A model generated the notes under the pieces. It saw only the letters and a list, made by a program, of their open reading frames with translations, did no database searches and was not told the origin of the DNA. This document shows, in pieces, positions 11,485 through 19,528 of a DNA stretch of 64,000 bases. The stretch is from positions 551-64,550 of the forward strand of contig CANQHC010000007.1 of assembly GCA_947623595.1 (NCBI GenBank), in the 5' to 3' direction. The position numbers were made by a program, and so were the translations under genes. How positions within the stretch are numbered: position 1 is the stretch's first letter; each line of letters begins with the position of its first letter. Origin of the DNA: an uncultured Clostridia bacterium. GTDB taxonomy: Bacteria; Bacillota; Clostridia; TANB77; CAG-508.

Positions 11485-12966
11485 TTATTGTATATAAAGT
11501 GTAAGTCTAGTAGAAATGAAACCATCAGAAAAATCCGAAGTACAATACATTCGAGAGTTAGGTGAATAATTATTATTAAAACTGCCTCCTCTATAAGTAC
11601 GCTCATTATCCCAGTAAGCCTCTAACGTCCACTCTCCATAGTTTCCTCCTAAATCAAAAATATTTAGTATTTTATCATTCTTTGTTTTTCCTGTTTCTAT
11701 TGCACTACTTCCCATATGGCCATTGCCTTCTGCCGTTACTTTATCTTTATCATTTCCTGTTAATGCATAGTTTAACATTGCATCATATTGGCTTCCCCAT
11801 ATCATACTGGACTTTACTGAATTCTTTGTGTTGGTAAATGTTTTTGCACAGGCATATAATCCAAACCATTGTTGTGAGGAATCATCCCAATTTTGGTTAT
11901 TCGTTGCTATTCCTGCCTTCGAAATGGCCTTACCATTTTCTATTCCCATTTCGTATCTAGCTACAAAAAATCCCCCATATTTTTTTACACTATTTATCAT
12001 TTCATTATAATCTTCTTGCATTGTAGCTTTAAAAGTTTCTTTACTTGCATATCTGCCTTCTTCTTCTTTTAATATGTTTCTTATATGACCCAAATGATTT
12101 TCATCGCAGTCATAATGAGGTAAAGCATCTGGCTCCCTCCATAAATTTGTTCCTTGTCCATAATCTGATGACATTTCAGTTGATTCCGTTTCTGTAAAAT
12201 CATAGAAAACTCCTTCATAATTTGTTTTTCCATTTGTGCCCTTATATTCTTCATTTGTAGATTCTTTTGCCATGGGCTTATCTGTTCCTACTACCTTCAA
12301 ATCAGAATTTACTGGTATCCATACAAATTCATTTCCGTTACTTTCCCCTGTAGATTCATTTATACTATCTGTTATTATTATACCTTCTTTTGCATTAGTG
12401 GGTGAATCCTCTGGAATTGTAAATCCTGCTGGAATTGTTACTTTTACATTATCATCTGAGATAATTTCAGTATTATCATCTAGTAATTTCTTTGCTTCTT
12501 TTATATTTCCTACTGCATTTGAGTTTGTATTTTTAGAAAATGTTCCACTAAATATTTCTGATGCTTTTATATCATTATATTTTCCATCTTTTGTTGTTAA
12601 TATTAATTCCGACAACTCCTTTGGCAATTGTGAGTTTGGATCATAATTAAAATATTTTGCAAGTATTTTTTTGAATTGTTCTTCTGTTATTTTTCCTTTG
12701 TTACTTGTCTTTTCATGTAATACATCTAGTTTTGCTAATTCTATTGCATGATTCTTTTCTGTTACTTTTTTTGCATATTTGGTTTGGGGCAAAATTCCCT
12801 CGTCACCTATTATCACTGAAATTGATATTCCTGCAAGTATTAACAGTATTATTATTGTTACAACTATGGCTATTAAAGTTATACCACTTTTCTTTCTAAA
12901 TTCTTTACTTACTTTATCATTTTTATGCCTTATTTCTTTTACTTTCCTTTGTTCTTTCATTTTCAT
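11485..12966 (-). CDS. Surface protein with a pilin-like hydrophobic leader and a C-terminal FGE-sulfatase (C-type-lectin fold) domain
   Basis: The leader is KKSGITLIAIVVTIIILLILAGISISVIIG (no Glu at +5). The C-terminus shows GGFFVARYEMG...WGSQYDAML...GGNYGEWTLE...YRGGSFNNNYSPNSR, as in SUMF1/FGE-type domains. Confidence 0.65.
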   Translation of the reverse strand: MKMKEQRKVKEIRHKNDKVSKEFRKKSGITLIAIVVTIIILLILAGISISVIIGDEGILPQTKYAKKVTEKNHAIELAKLDVLHEKTSNKGKITEEQFKKILAKYFNYDPNSQLPKELSELILTTKDGKYNDIKASEIFSGTFSKNTNSNAVGNIKEAKKLLDDNTEIISDDNVKVTIPAGFTIPEDSPTNAKEGIIITDSINESTGESNGNEFVWIPVNSDLKVVGTDKPMAKESTNEEYKGTNGKTNYEGVFYDFTETESTEMSSDYGQGTNLWREPDALPHYDCDENHLGHIRNILKEEEGRYASKETFKATMQEDYNEMINSVKKYGGFFVARYEMGIENGKAISKAGIATNNQNWDDSSQQWFGLYACAKTFTNTKNSVKSSMIWGSQYDAMLNYALTGNDKDKVTAEGNGHMGSSAIETGKTKNDKILNIFDLGGNYGEWTLEAYWDNERTYRGGSFNNNYSPNSRMYCTSDFSDGFISTRLTLYIQ

Positions 12967-13136
12967 TTTTTCTCCCTTTTTCTTTAATTAAAAAAATTAA
13001 CCTCAAAACAAAAATATGAAATAAACTTATTAATACAAACCATACACTTTATATTTTTCTCACTATTCCTATTTTTATTTACAATATATATGTTAACAAT
13101 GTTAACAACTTTAATTTTACTAATCTCTTCTATATT

Positions 13137-13904
13137 TTATAATTTATTATACTCAAAGTCATTTTTGATGTCAATCATTTTTATATAAAACAGAAAAAAA
13201 GAGTAAATCTCATTATTTATATATATCATTCCATCTGGAGCCTCTTTCCAAGTTATAAGTCCCATATTAGTTTTACTTGCATCTACCTTTTCAAAAATAA
13301 GTTCAGCAGCAGTGTGTCCTGTTATTGCATAGTGTAACTTATTTTGTACAATTTTGAAAAATGTATATGCTTCTTCTGAAGTCTTATCATAATCAATTGA
13401 TGTACTTATAAAAATATCTGTTATTTTTTGATATGCCATTCTTTCACTTGCACGTATTACTTTTATTCTTTCTAATAATTCATCAAAATATTTTTGATTT
13501 ACTTTTCCACCTTTTAGAAATCGAAATCTTTCATCATCTAAAGCAAATTCTTTTGTCATATATGAATTTAATATTTTTGTTGCCCATATTCTAAATTCTG
13601 TTGCTTTTTTAGAATTAACTCTATATCCAGCAGATATTATAACATCTAAATTATAAAATTCTGTATTATATTTCTTCCCGTCATTTGCAGTATGTGCAAA
13701 TTTTGCACATACTTGATTTTTATCTAATTCACCCTCATTAAAAATATTTTTTTAATGTTTTGTTATTACACTTCTATCTATATCAAATATTTCAGCCATA
13801 GTCTTTTGAGATACTCATAAAGTCTCGCCATTTATCAATAGCTCAATATTAGTATCTCCGTTATCTTTTTTATAAAACACTATATCACTATTAGAAGCAA
13901 TCAT
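13137..13904 (-). pseudogene. rhuM: RhuM-family protein, decayed (two in-frame stops, aberrant C-terminus)
   Basis: Hand translation gives MIASNSDIVFYKKDNGDTNIELLINGETL*VSQKTMAEIFDIDRSVITKH*KNIFNEGELDKNQVCAKFAHTANDGKKYNTEFYNLDVIISAGYRVNSKKATEFRIWATKILNSYMTKEF. It continues into ORF 13137..13559. The stops are TGA 13817-13815 and TAA 13754-13752. Confidence 0.75.
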
Positions 13905-13941
13905 TTTATTGTCCGTAAATATCACCTCTTTTACATTGTGT

Positions 13942-14160
13942 TTATTCTCTACTAATGTCTTCAACTTTAAAACCTTCTGCATCTAATCTTCTTTTTCCTA
14001 AATCTATTAGTCTTTCATTCTCCGTAATACTTTCTTCTATTTGCTTTTCCATTGTAGTAGTACCTTCTACAAGTTTAGATGTTCTTAACTTTCCACTTGT
14101 TCTTGCAGCAGTAATAATATCTTTACTAATTCTTTACCTAAATTCTTGATATTTGTCCAT
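13942..14160 (-). pseudogene. Small ORF (72 codons) with in-frame TAA at codon 9, upstream partner of rhuM
   Basis: MDKYQEFR*RISKDIITAARTSGKLRTSKLVEGTTTMEKQIEE... The TAA is at 14136-14134. I recognise no family. Confidence 0.35.
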
Positions 14161-14261
14161 TTATTTTTTCTTCTTTCTTATCTATGTACTGATTATATCT
14201 TTTTAACATTTTTATGTCAATTTTAATATAAAAATTGACACTATCTCAAGTATTTGCTTTT

Positions 14262-14290
14262 TTGACACGATTCAAAAAAAGTTGTATAAT
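14262..14290 (+). promoter_or_regulatory. Consensus sigma-A promoter (TTGACA-N17-TATAAT)
   Basis: TTGACA at 14262-14267, a 17-nt spacer, then TATAAT at 14285-14290. No annotated ORF lies downstream. Confidence 0.6.
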
Positions 14291-14296
14291 ATAGAT

Positions 14297-14616
14297 AGTT
14301 AAAATATAGTTATTACACAAAATAGCTAAAAATAATTTTGTTAGTAAGGGGAACCGCCATCGTTTAAATTTTAATATTCATTTGTAAAATACATAAATTA
14401 CACCCAAAATATATACTTAAAAGCATATATTGTAAGTGAATATTACAAAGAATGTTAAATTTTAAACAAATATGGCTTATTGTGCAGTGTATGCTGTCGT
14501 ACCTAGAAAGCATCGTTATTTTTAAGGCTATAGTAATAACTAAGTACACCATGAGAGTGTACAAAAGTATATAAAATTTATTCTGATAGATTTTATATAC
14601 CTATTTTGAAAAATTA
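14297..14616 (+). ncRNA. Orphan ~350-nt transcription unit, either an sRNA or the carrier of a 40-aa hydrophobic peptide ORF (14452..14574)
   Basis: It is bounded by the consensus promoter and a strong terminator. The only plus-strand ORF is MLNFKQIWLIVQCMLSYLESIVIFKAIVITKYTMRVYKSI, which has a weak RBS. Confidence 0.3.
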
Positions 14617-14651
14617 GAGACGAAACTTAACTAAGTTTCGTCTACTTTTTT
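14617..14651. terminator. Bidirectional rho-independent terminator
   Basis: 12-bp stem AGACGAAACTTA/TAAGTTTCGTCT followed by TTTTTT on the plus strand. An A-run upstream lets it also serve the minus-strand LRR operon. Confidence 0.75.
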
Positions 14652-14818
14652 GTCTATATTATTAGATAAAATACCATTTAGTAAAGTATCAAATTTTTTT
14701 TCATTTTCTTCTTGAATATTTATATTATACAAATTAGTAGTTCCAAAAGAATAATCATATTTATATTCATAATCTTTATTTTCCATTTCTAATTTTTTTA
14801 AACTTTCCATACTGCCTC

Positions 14819-15505
14819 CTATTCTATTGGCAAATCATTTTCTTCAAATTCTATTATTATTTTTCTGTTTTGCTCATATAATTGTTCAATATATTTTTCT
14901 TTATCTGGTACTTTAGAGCCACTTAATGATATAAGTTTTAAATTGTGCATCTTTGATATATCTATATTATATGGAATTTCTATATGGTTTAAATACAACT
15001 GTTCCAAATGTTCTAGCTTATCAATGTTTGGAATACTAATTGCATTACAATGAGCTATTTTTAAAAACTTTAAGTTTTGAAATGTTTTCAAATTGTTAAT
15101 ATCTATTATTCCAGAATGAATTATCTGCAATTTTTCTAATGAAATATTAGAATTTATCATACTAATATTAAAATCTTGACAATTATGTATTGTGATAGAT
15201 CTTAGCTTATTTGATAATGTGCTTTTATTCTTAAATATACACATCGAAAATTCTATTGCTTCGATGAACTCTAATTGATTTATAGTTTCGATAACTCCAT
15301 CTGTTATTTCAAAGAATTTCAAAGATATACTTTTTAAGTTTCTTAATTTTACTATTTCTGTCAAATCTATATTTAGTTTGTGTTGCATAAGATTTATATC
15401 TTGAATAGAAATATCTTCAATATCTTCTATATTATTCAATTCATTAGCACACATTTTTACTTTTATAATTCTTGATAAATTTTTATCGTTTATTTTTTCA
15501 CTCAT
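14819..15505 (-). CDS. Leucine-rich-repeat protein
   Basis: 228 aa with repeated ~22-aa LxxLxLxxN/C-type units (NLKSISLKFFEI, LRSITIHNCQDF, LEKLQIIHSGI, NLKFLKIAHCN, LEQLYLNHIEI, NLKLISLSGSKV). Confidence 0.6.
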   Translation of the reverse strand: MSEKINDKNLSRIIKVKMCANELNNIEDIEDISIQDINLMQHKLNIDLTEIVKLRNLKSISLKFFEITDGVIETINQLEFIEAIEFSMCIFKNKSTLSNKLRSITIHNCQDFNISMINSNISLEKLQIIHSGIIDINNLKTFQNLKFLKIAHCNAISIPNIDKLEHLEQLYLNHIEIPYNIDISKMHNLKLISLSGSKVPDKEKYIEQLYEQNRKIIIEFEENDLPIE

Positions 15506-15508
15506 ATC

Positions 15509-16639
15509 CTATATTGTCCTTTCCACATCTATAATTTGGTAAGGAGAAAGCCCTTTTATTTTACTATAATCAAATCTGCTTGTACATTTACGATAATTTT
15601 TTGATCTTTTCTCTGAAAATTCTCCATGTGATATATCAAAATCTGCATCATTTAATAACATATATTTATACGTTCTATAATATTGTGAAGAAGATGCATC
15701 CCAAGTTGGATCAGCATTATACCATTTACCATCTATTTGAACTTGATTCCACGCATGTCCATCTTTCTTTCCATAACCAACGACATATTGTGATTTTATT
15801 CCAACATATTTTAGAGTTTCGTGAAGTATTAGCGCATATCCTGCACAAATTGCTTTTCCATCTACTAAACCTCCATATAGACCAGCAGAATTTTTTCTTA
15901 TCTTATTCATTTCTTCTTCATACTCATTAAAAGCGTTATTTCTTAAAATATTTTTTTTAAATTTATTTCGTGCTTTATCTTCTTGTTCTATACAACTGTT
16001 GTCGTATGTTACCATTCCTGTTATTCTTGAATATATTACAAAAAATTTATTTGCTTCGTCCATTTCTTTAGGTATATCTGCTGTTAATTCCTCAATTTTA
16101 GCTATAATTGCAGCAATTTCACTAAATGAATATTCAATATAACGGGAGTCATCGTCTTCATTTATTTTAAATTTCATTTGGTTATAATTCTTTAAGTGCC
16201 TTTGAAAATTTATTAAAAAATCTAAATTCAATGCATTAATATTGTTTAATTGAAAAGTTAGCATATTAGATGGAATTTCTACATCAAAATCAATTTGAGT
16301 TAATATTTCCAATAATCCTATACTATTTCCTTTAAATTGTTTTGCAACAAAATTAAAAGTTTTTCTTTTTGTTTTTTCATCACTTAAACCATTCAATGCA
16401 TTTGCTATGCTTTCTGATGTTCTTAATTTTCCAATAAATTTATATTTTTCATTCTCTGGTATATTATATAATAATTTTATTTGACATTGAACATCTTTTA
16501 TTTTTGAAAAATATTGTAATTTTTCTTGAATCGAACTAGCTTTATTAAAAAGTTCTATCAATTCTTCATCTGATACATTTTCAATTTGTTTTCTATCTCC
16601 CACAATTATAACCCCTTTATAATTATTTATTATTAACAA
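15509..16639 (-). CDS. Transglutaminase-like cysteine-protease-fold protein
   Basis: The C-terminal core is KAICAGYALILHETLKYVGIKSQYVVGYGKKDGHAWNQVQIDGKWYNADPTWD (Cys/His/Asp triad spacing). There is no signal peptide. Confidence 0.7.
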   Translation of the reverse strand: MLIINNYKGVIIVGDRKQIENVSDEELIELFNKASSIQEKLQYFSKIKDVQCQIKLLYNIPENEKYKFIGKLRTSESIANALNGLSDEKTKRKTFNFVAKQFKGNSIGLLEILTQIDFDVEIPSNMLTFQLNNINALNLDFLINFQRHLKNYNQMKFKINEDDDSRYIEYSFSEIAAIIAKIEELTADIPKEMDEANKFFVIYSRITGMVTYDNSCIEQEDKARNKFKKNILRNNAFNEYEEEMNKIRKNSAGLYGGLVDGKAICAGYALILHETLKYVGIKSQYVVGYGKKDGHAWNQVQIDGKWYNADPTWDASSSQYYRTYKYMLLNDADFDISHGEFSEKRSKNYRKCTSRFDYSKIKGLSPYQIIDVERTI

Positions 16640-17483
16640 TACCTCCTGTTGTATCTGGCTTTACAATATCACCGTCTGATACAATATCAAATTTATAATC
16701 GTAATCAACTACCATATCAATTTTTCTAGTCATATCTTTATTTGATTTTTCTATTTCTCTAATTGCTAGTCCCGTTTCTTTATCTATATATCTTTCATAG
16801 CCATTTCCTTTAATGACATAACATTCTCTTCCATTGCAATAAGTAGAATCAACTCCTATAATAAATGCATATTGCATATTTGCTAAAAATCCGTCTGACA
16901 CATAAGTTACAGGAAATACATGCCCACCTACTATTGTTTCAAAATTTTGTATATATTTCTTTCCGTCAGATTCTATTAAACATAGTTGCTCAGTTCCTTT
17001 CTTGTAGTAAGTCATTTTTTGAATTTGATTACCATTTACAACCCTTGTCATCGTAGTTAAATAATCTTCTCCCTTATTATAGCTTTCTGTTATTGTTAGT
17101 GTATCACCTATATATGAATATAATTTAGCATAATAATTATTAGACAACTGATTTTCTTTGGCTTTTTCTGAAAGTGAAAACATTATAAAAGTTCTTCTTC
17201 CTACTATAATAACATATATTATTATCAAAACTAATAAGATAAGTTTTAATATTTTCATTTTATTACTAAACTTTTTGATGTACTTTACTTCTCTTTCATC
17301 TCTTTTGCTATTTTTTACATCTAATTCTTTTTGCATATTTTCTAATACTTTTTTACATTCAATGCAATCTTTTAAATGCTCTTCAATATACTTATTTGTT
17401 TCTTCATTTGTAAGTTTTTCAATGTAATTAGGCAATAAATCTTGAACAATTTTACAATCTCTTTTCTCTTTCATATCAATCAA
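16623..17483 (-). CDS. Anti-sigma factor (zf-HC2) with one TM segment and an extracytoplasmic domain
   Basis: CKIVQDLLPNYIEKLTNEETNKYIEEHLKDCIECKKVL is an HxxxCxxC zinc motif, and the TM segment is ILKLILLVLIIIYVIIV. It overlaps the stop of the sigma gene. Confidence 0.7.
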   Translation of the reverse strand: MIDMKEKRDCKIVQDLLPNYIEKLTNEETNKYIEEHLKDCIECKKVLENMQKELDVKNSKRDEREVKYIKKFSNKMKILKLILLVLIIIYVIIVGRRTFIMFSLSEKAKENQLSNNYYAKLYSYIGDTLTITESYNKGEDYLTTMTRVVNGNQIQKMTYYKKGTEQLCLIESDGKKYIQNFETIVGGHVFPVTYVSDGFLANMQYAFIIGVDSTYCNGRECYVIKGNGYERYIDKETGLAIREIEKSNKDMTRKIDMVVDYDYKFDIVSDGDIVKPDTTGGIVNNK

Positions 17484-17976
17484 CCTCCTTTAATTGATTT
17501 TTTCCTCGATAAAATGTTACTCTAGCCCAGTTTTCTGTTTTATTCAAAATAATTCCTATTTCTTTAAAGCTAAGTTCTCCTGTTATTCTTAAATACATTA
17601 CTTCCCTTGTTTTCTCATCTAAGCCCTGCATCTTTTTATATAGTGAAATTTTTTCATCATTTAAAATAACTTGTTCTTCTAATGTATTTAATGCTTGTAC
17701 TTTTAATAAGTCCGCTTCTTTCGTATTAACTAACTTTTTATTTTTTCTACACTGATCATACCAAAGATTTTTAGCAATTTGGCACAACCACACCGACATT
17801 TTACATTTGCCTTTATATGTATTTATTTTTTTTACCGCCCTATAAAAAGTTTCTTGTGTGAGTTCTTCAGAAATATCATTATTATGAGTTAAACAGAATA
17901 AGTATTTGTTTACTGTTTCAAAATATTCTTCGTATATTTCTTCAATATTCTGCATAACTTTTATCCTCCTTTGCAT
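17476..17976 (-). CDS. ECF-type sigma-70 family RNA polymerase sigma factor
   Basis: 166 aa. Region 2 reads ISEELTQETFYRAVKKI and region 4 reads EVMYLRITGELSFKEIGIILNKTENWARVTFYRG. Confidence 0.85.
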   Translation of the reverse strand: MQRRIKVMQNIEEIYEEYFETVNKYLFCLTHNNDISEELTQETFYRAVKKINTYKGKCKMSVWLCQIAKNLWYDQCRKNKKLVNTKEADLLKVQALNTLEEQVILNDEKISLYKKMQGLDEKTREVMYLRITGELSFKEIGIILNKTENWARVTFYRGKNQLKEVD

Positions 17977-18099
17977 ATAAGACGTATGAGATTGTATTTT
18001 GTTACAAAATTTTTAAAATTATTTTTTATACTAATTTGTTCTATTAATCAAAAAGATGGTAGCACCACTTCCTGAGATACCTCCATCTTTAAAAGTTTT

Positions 18100-18429
18100 T
18101 CATTTTACTAATGCTATTTTTATTCCTAGCACACCGTACTGCTCTTCTTCTTCATGAGAATAATATTGGTATATTGAATTAAGCTTTTTATTTATTTCTT
18201 CTTGATTAGTATATAATTTTTTAAATAGTTCTTCAAAAGTATCTTCTCTATATAATTCAATAACATTAACTATCAACTTTTCCTGTAAATCTGGTAATTT
18301 TGAAAACTCTATTTGATCTCCTACTTTTATTTGCTTTCTTTTTTCATCGTATAGTCTAAATTCCACTGTTTTTGTAGCATTTTTTATTTCTTCAAATGGT
18401 GTTTTATTTAATTTCATTTTATGTAACAT
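18100..18429 (-). CDS. ASCH (PUA-like) domain protein
   Basis: MKLNKTPFEEIKNATKTVEFRLYDEKRKQIKVGDQIEF is the typical ASCH N-terminus. Confidence 0.7.
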   Translation of the reverse strand: MLHKMKLNKTPFEEIKNATKTVEFRLYDEKRKQIKVGDQIEFSKLPDLQEKLIVNVIELYREDTFEELFKKLYTNQEEINKKLNSIYQYYSHEEEEQYGVLGIKIALVK

Positions 18430-18482
18430 GTTTATATCTTCCCTTTATTATAAATTTTAGCAACTAATTAGCATATCTCTTT

Positions 18483-19430
18483 TTATTTTAAAATCAATAA
18501 TAATACAATACTAATTAGTATTTGAACTAATATAATTTTACTTGTTATCTTATATATTTTTTCTATCTTCTTTCTTCTTTTTTCTGCATCACAATATTGT
18601 CCAAAATGAACTTCTGAATGTTCTGTATAATCATCAACATCATCTTTATATTTACTTCTATTAGCTGAATAATCGTATCCTGCATATTTTGTACTTGGAA
18701 GTAATGGCCTATAAATTGCTATTATATACCAATATGAGAAAATATTTCCTAACAAAATAGATACAAACCATTGTCCAAATATTAAAATATATTTATTATT
18801 TATATATTGCAATAATATAGCTGGCAATTTATCCATATTTATTCTTAATATCACATATAAAATATAAGACAATATTATTCCTACTGATATTGTAAAACAT
18901 TGTGTTCTAATCTTTCTATTTTTCATTGTTTTATTATATCTATCTTCATTGTTTTCTAGAATATTCATTATCTCTGAATAAATATTATGAGCCTCATTTT
19001 CTTGGCTAGTAGTAGTTACATCTATATCAACATAATTCTCTTTAAAGTATAATGAAGTATTTATTTTATTATATTTATCGTTTGTTTTACTGTCTAATTC
19101 TTTGGTATAAAAACTTATATGTAAATCTATTGTTAAACTTTTTATATTACGAGTATCATTAAGATTACTTACAAACCAGCTGTAGTTATTCTCTTTAATA
19201 TTTTTTCCATTTTGAAAATCTATTGTATAATTTATTGAAGTAGAACCATTTTGATATTCCCATTGTTTTTCCTCATAAGGAAGGTTTTTGTTTCTTGTTT
19301 CTTCAATTTCAAATTTTTTGTCATAACCCTCTTTATAATTTTCCAGATAATCTGCTACTTGTATTATTTGTTCCATTGATATTTGCTTATTTAAAACCTT
19401 ACTTTTCATATTTTCCTCACTTTTCTTCAC
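18483..19430 (-). CDS. Hypothetical membrane protein: ~175-aa soluble N-domain plus 3-4 TM helices
   Basis: The hydrophobic segments are CFTISVGIILSYILYVIL, ILIFGQWFVSILLGNIFSYWYIIAIY and IILVQILISIVLLLIL. I recognise no family. Confidence 0.5.
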   Translation of the reverse strand: MKKSEENMKSKVLNKQISMEQIIQVADYLENYKEGYDKKFEIEETRNKNLPYEEKQWEYQNGSTSINYTIDFQNGKNIKENNYSWFVSNLNDTRNIKSLTIDLHISFYTKELDSKTNDKYNKINTSLYFKENYVDIDVTTTSQENEAHNIYSEIMNILENNEDRYNKTMKNRKIRTQCFTISVGIILSYILYVILRINMDKLPAILLQYINNKYILIFGQWFVSILLGNIFSYWYIIAIYRPLLPSTKYAGYDYSANRSKYKDDVDDYTEHSEVHFGQYCDAEKRRKKIEKIYKITSKIILVQILISIVLLLILK

Positions 19431-19528
19431 ATACTCTCATAACTTTTCTCAAACTTATAATTAATTAAATTATAACATATTTATGTATTGGCACAATATT
19501 TTCACAGCAAAAATTAATACTACTTTTT

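Noticed and set aside
11485-11610. A complete diversity-generating retroelement acting on the FGE/CLec-fold C-terminus of the pilin-like protein.
   Set aside because: No reverse-transcriptase ORF lies in the window, and I found no template-repeat copy of either C-terminal region by eye. I kept only the weaker hypothesis of a remote DGR, recorded in the finding at 43995-44256.
13752-13817. TGA at a conserved Trp position in the rhuM frame, which might hint at genetic code 4 (TGA=Trp).
   Set aside because: The same frame also has TAA at a Leu position. The upstream ORF has another in-frame TAA. All other genes in the window read through with the standard code and use TGG for Trp. This is ordinary pseudogene decay.
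14364-14564. 66-aa minus-strand ORF in the orphan intergenic region.
   Set aside because: It has no RBS and an odd composition. It is antisense to a unit with a perfect plus-strand promoter and terminator, so it is more likely a chance ORF.
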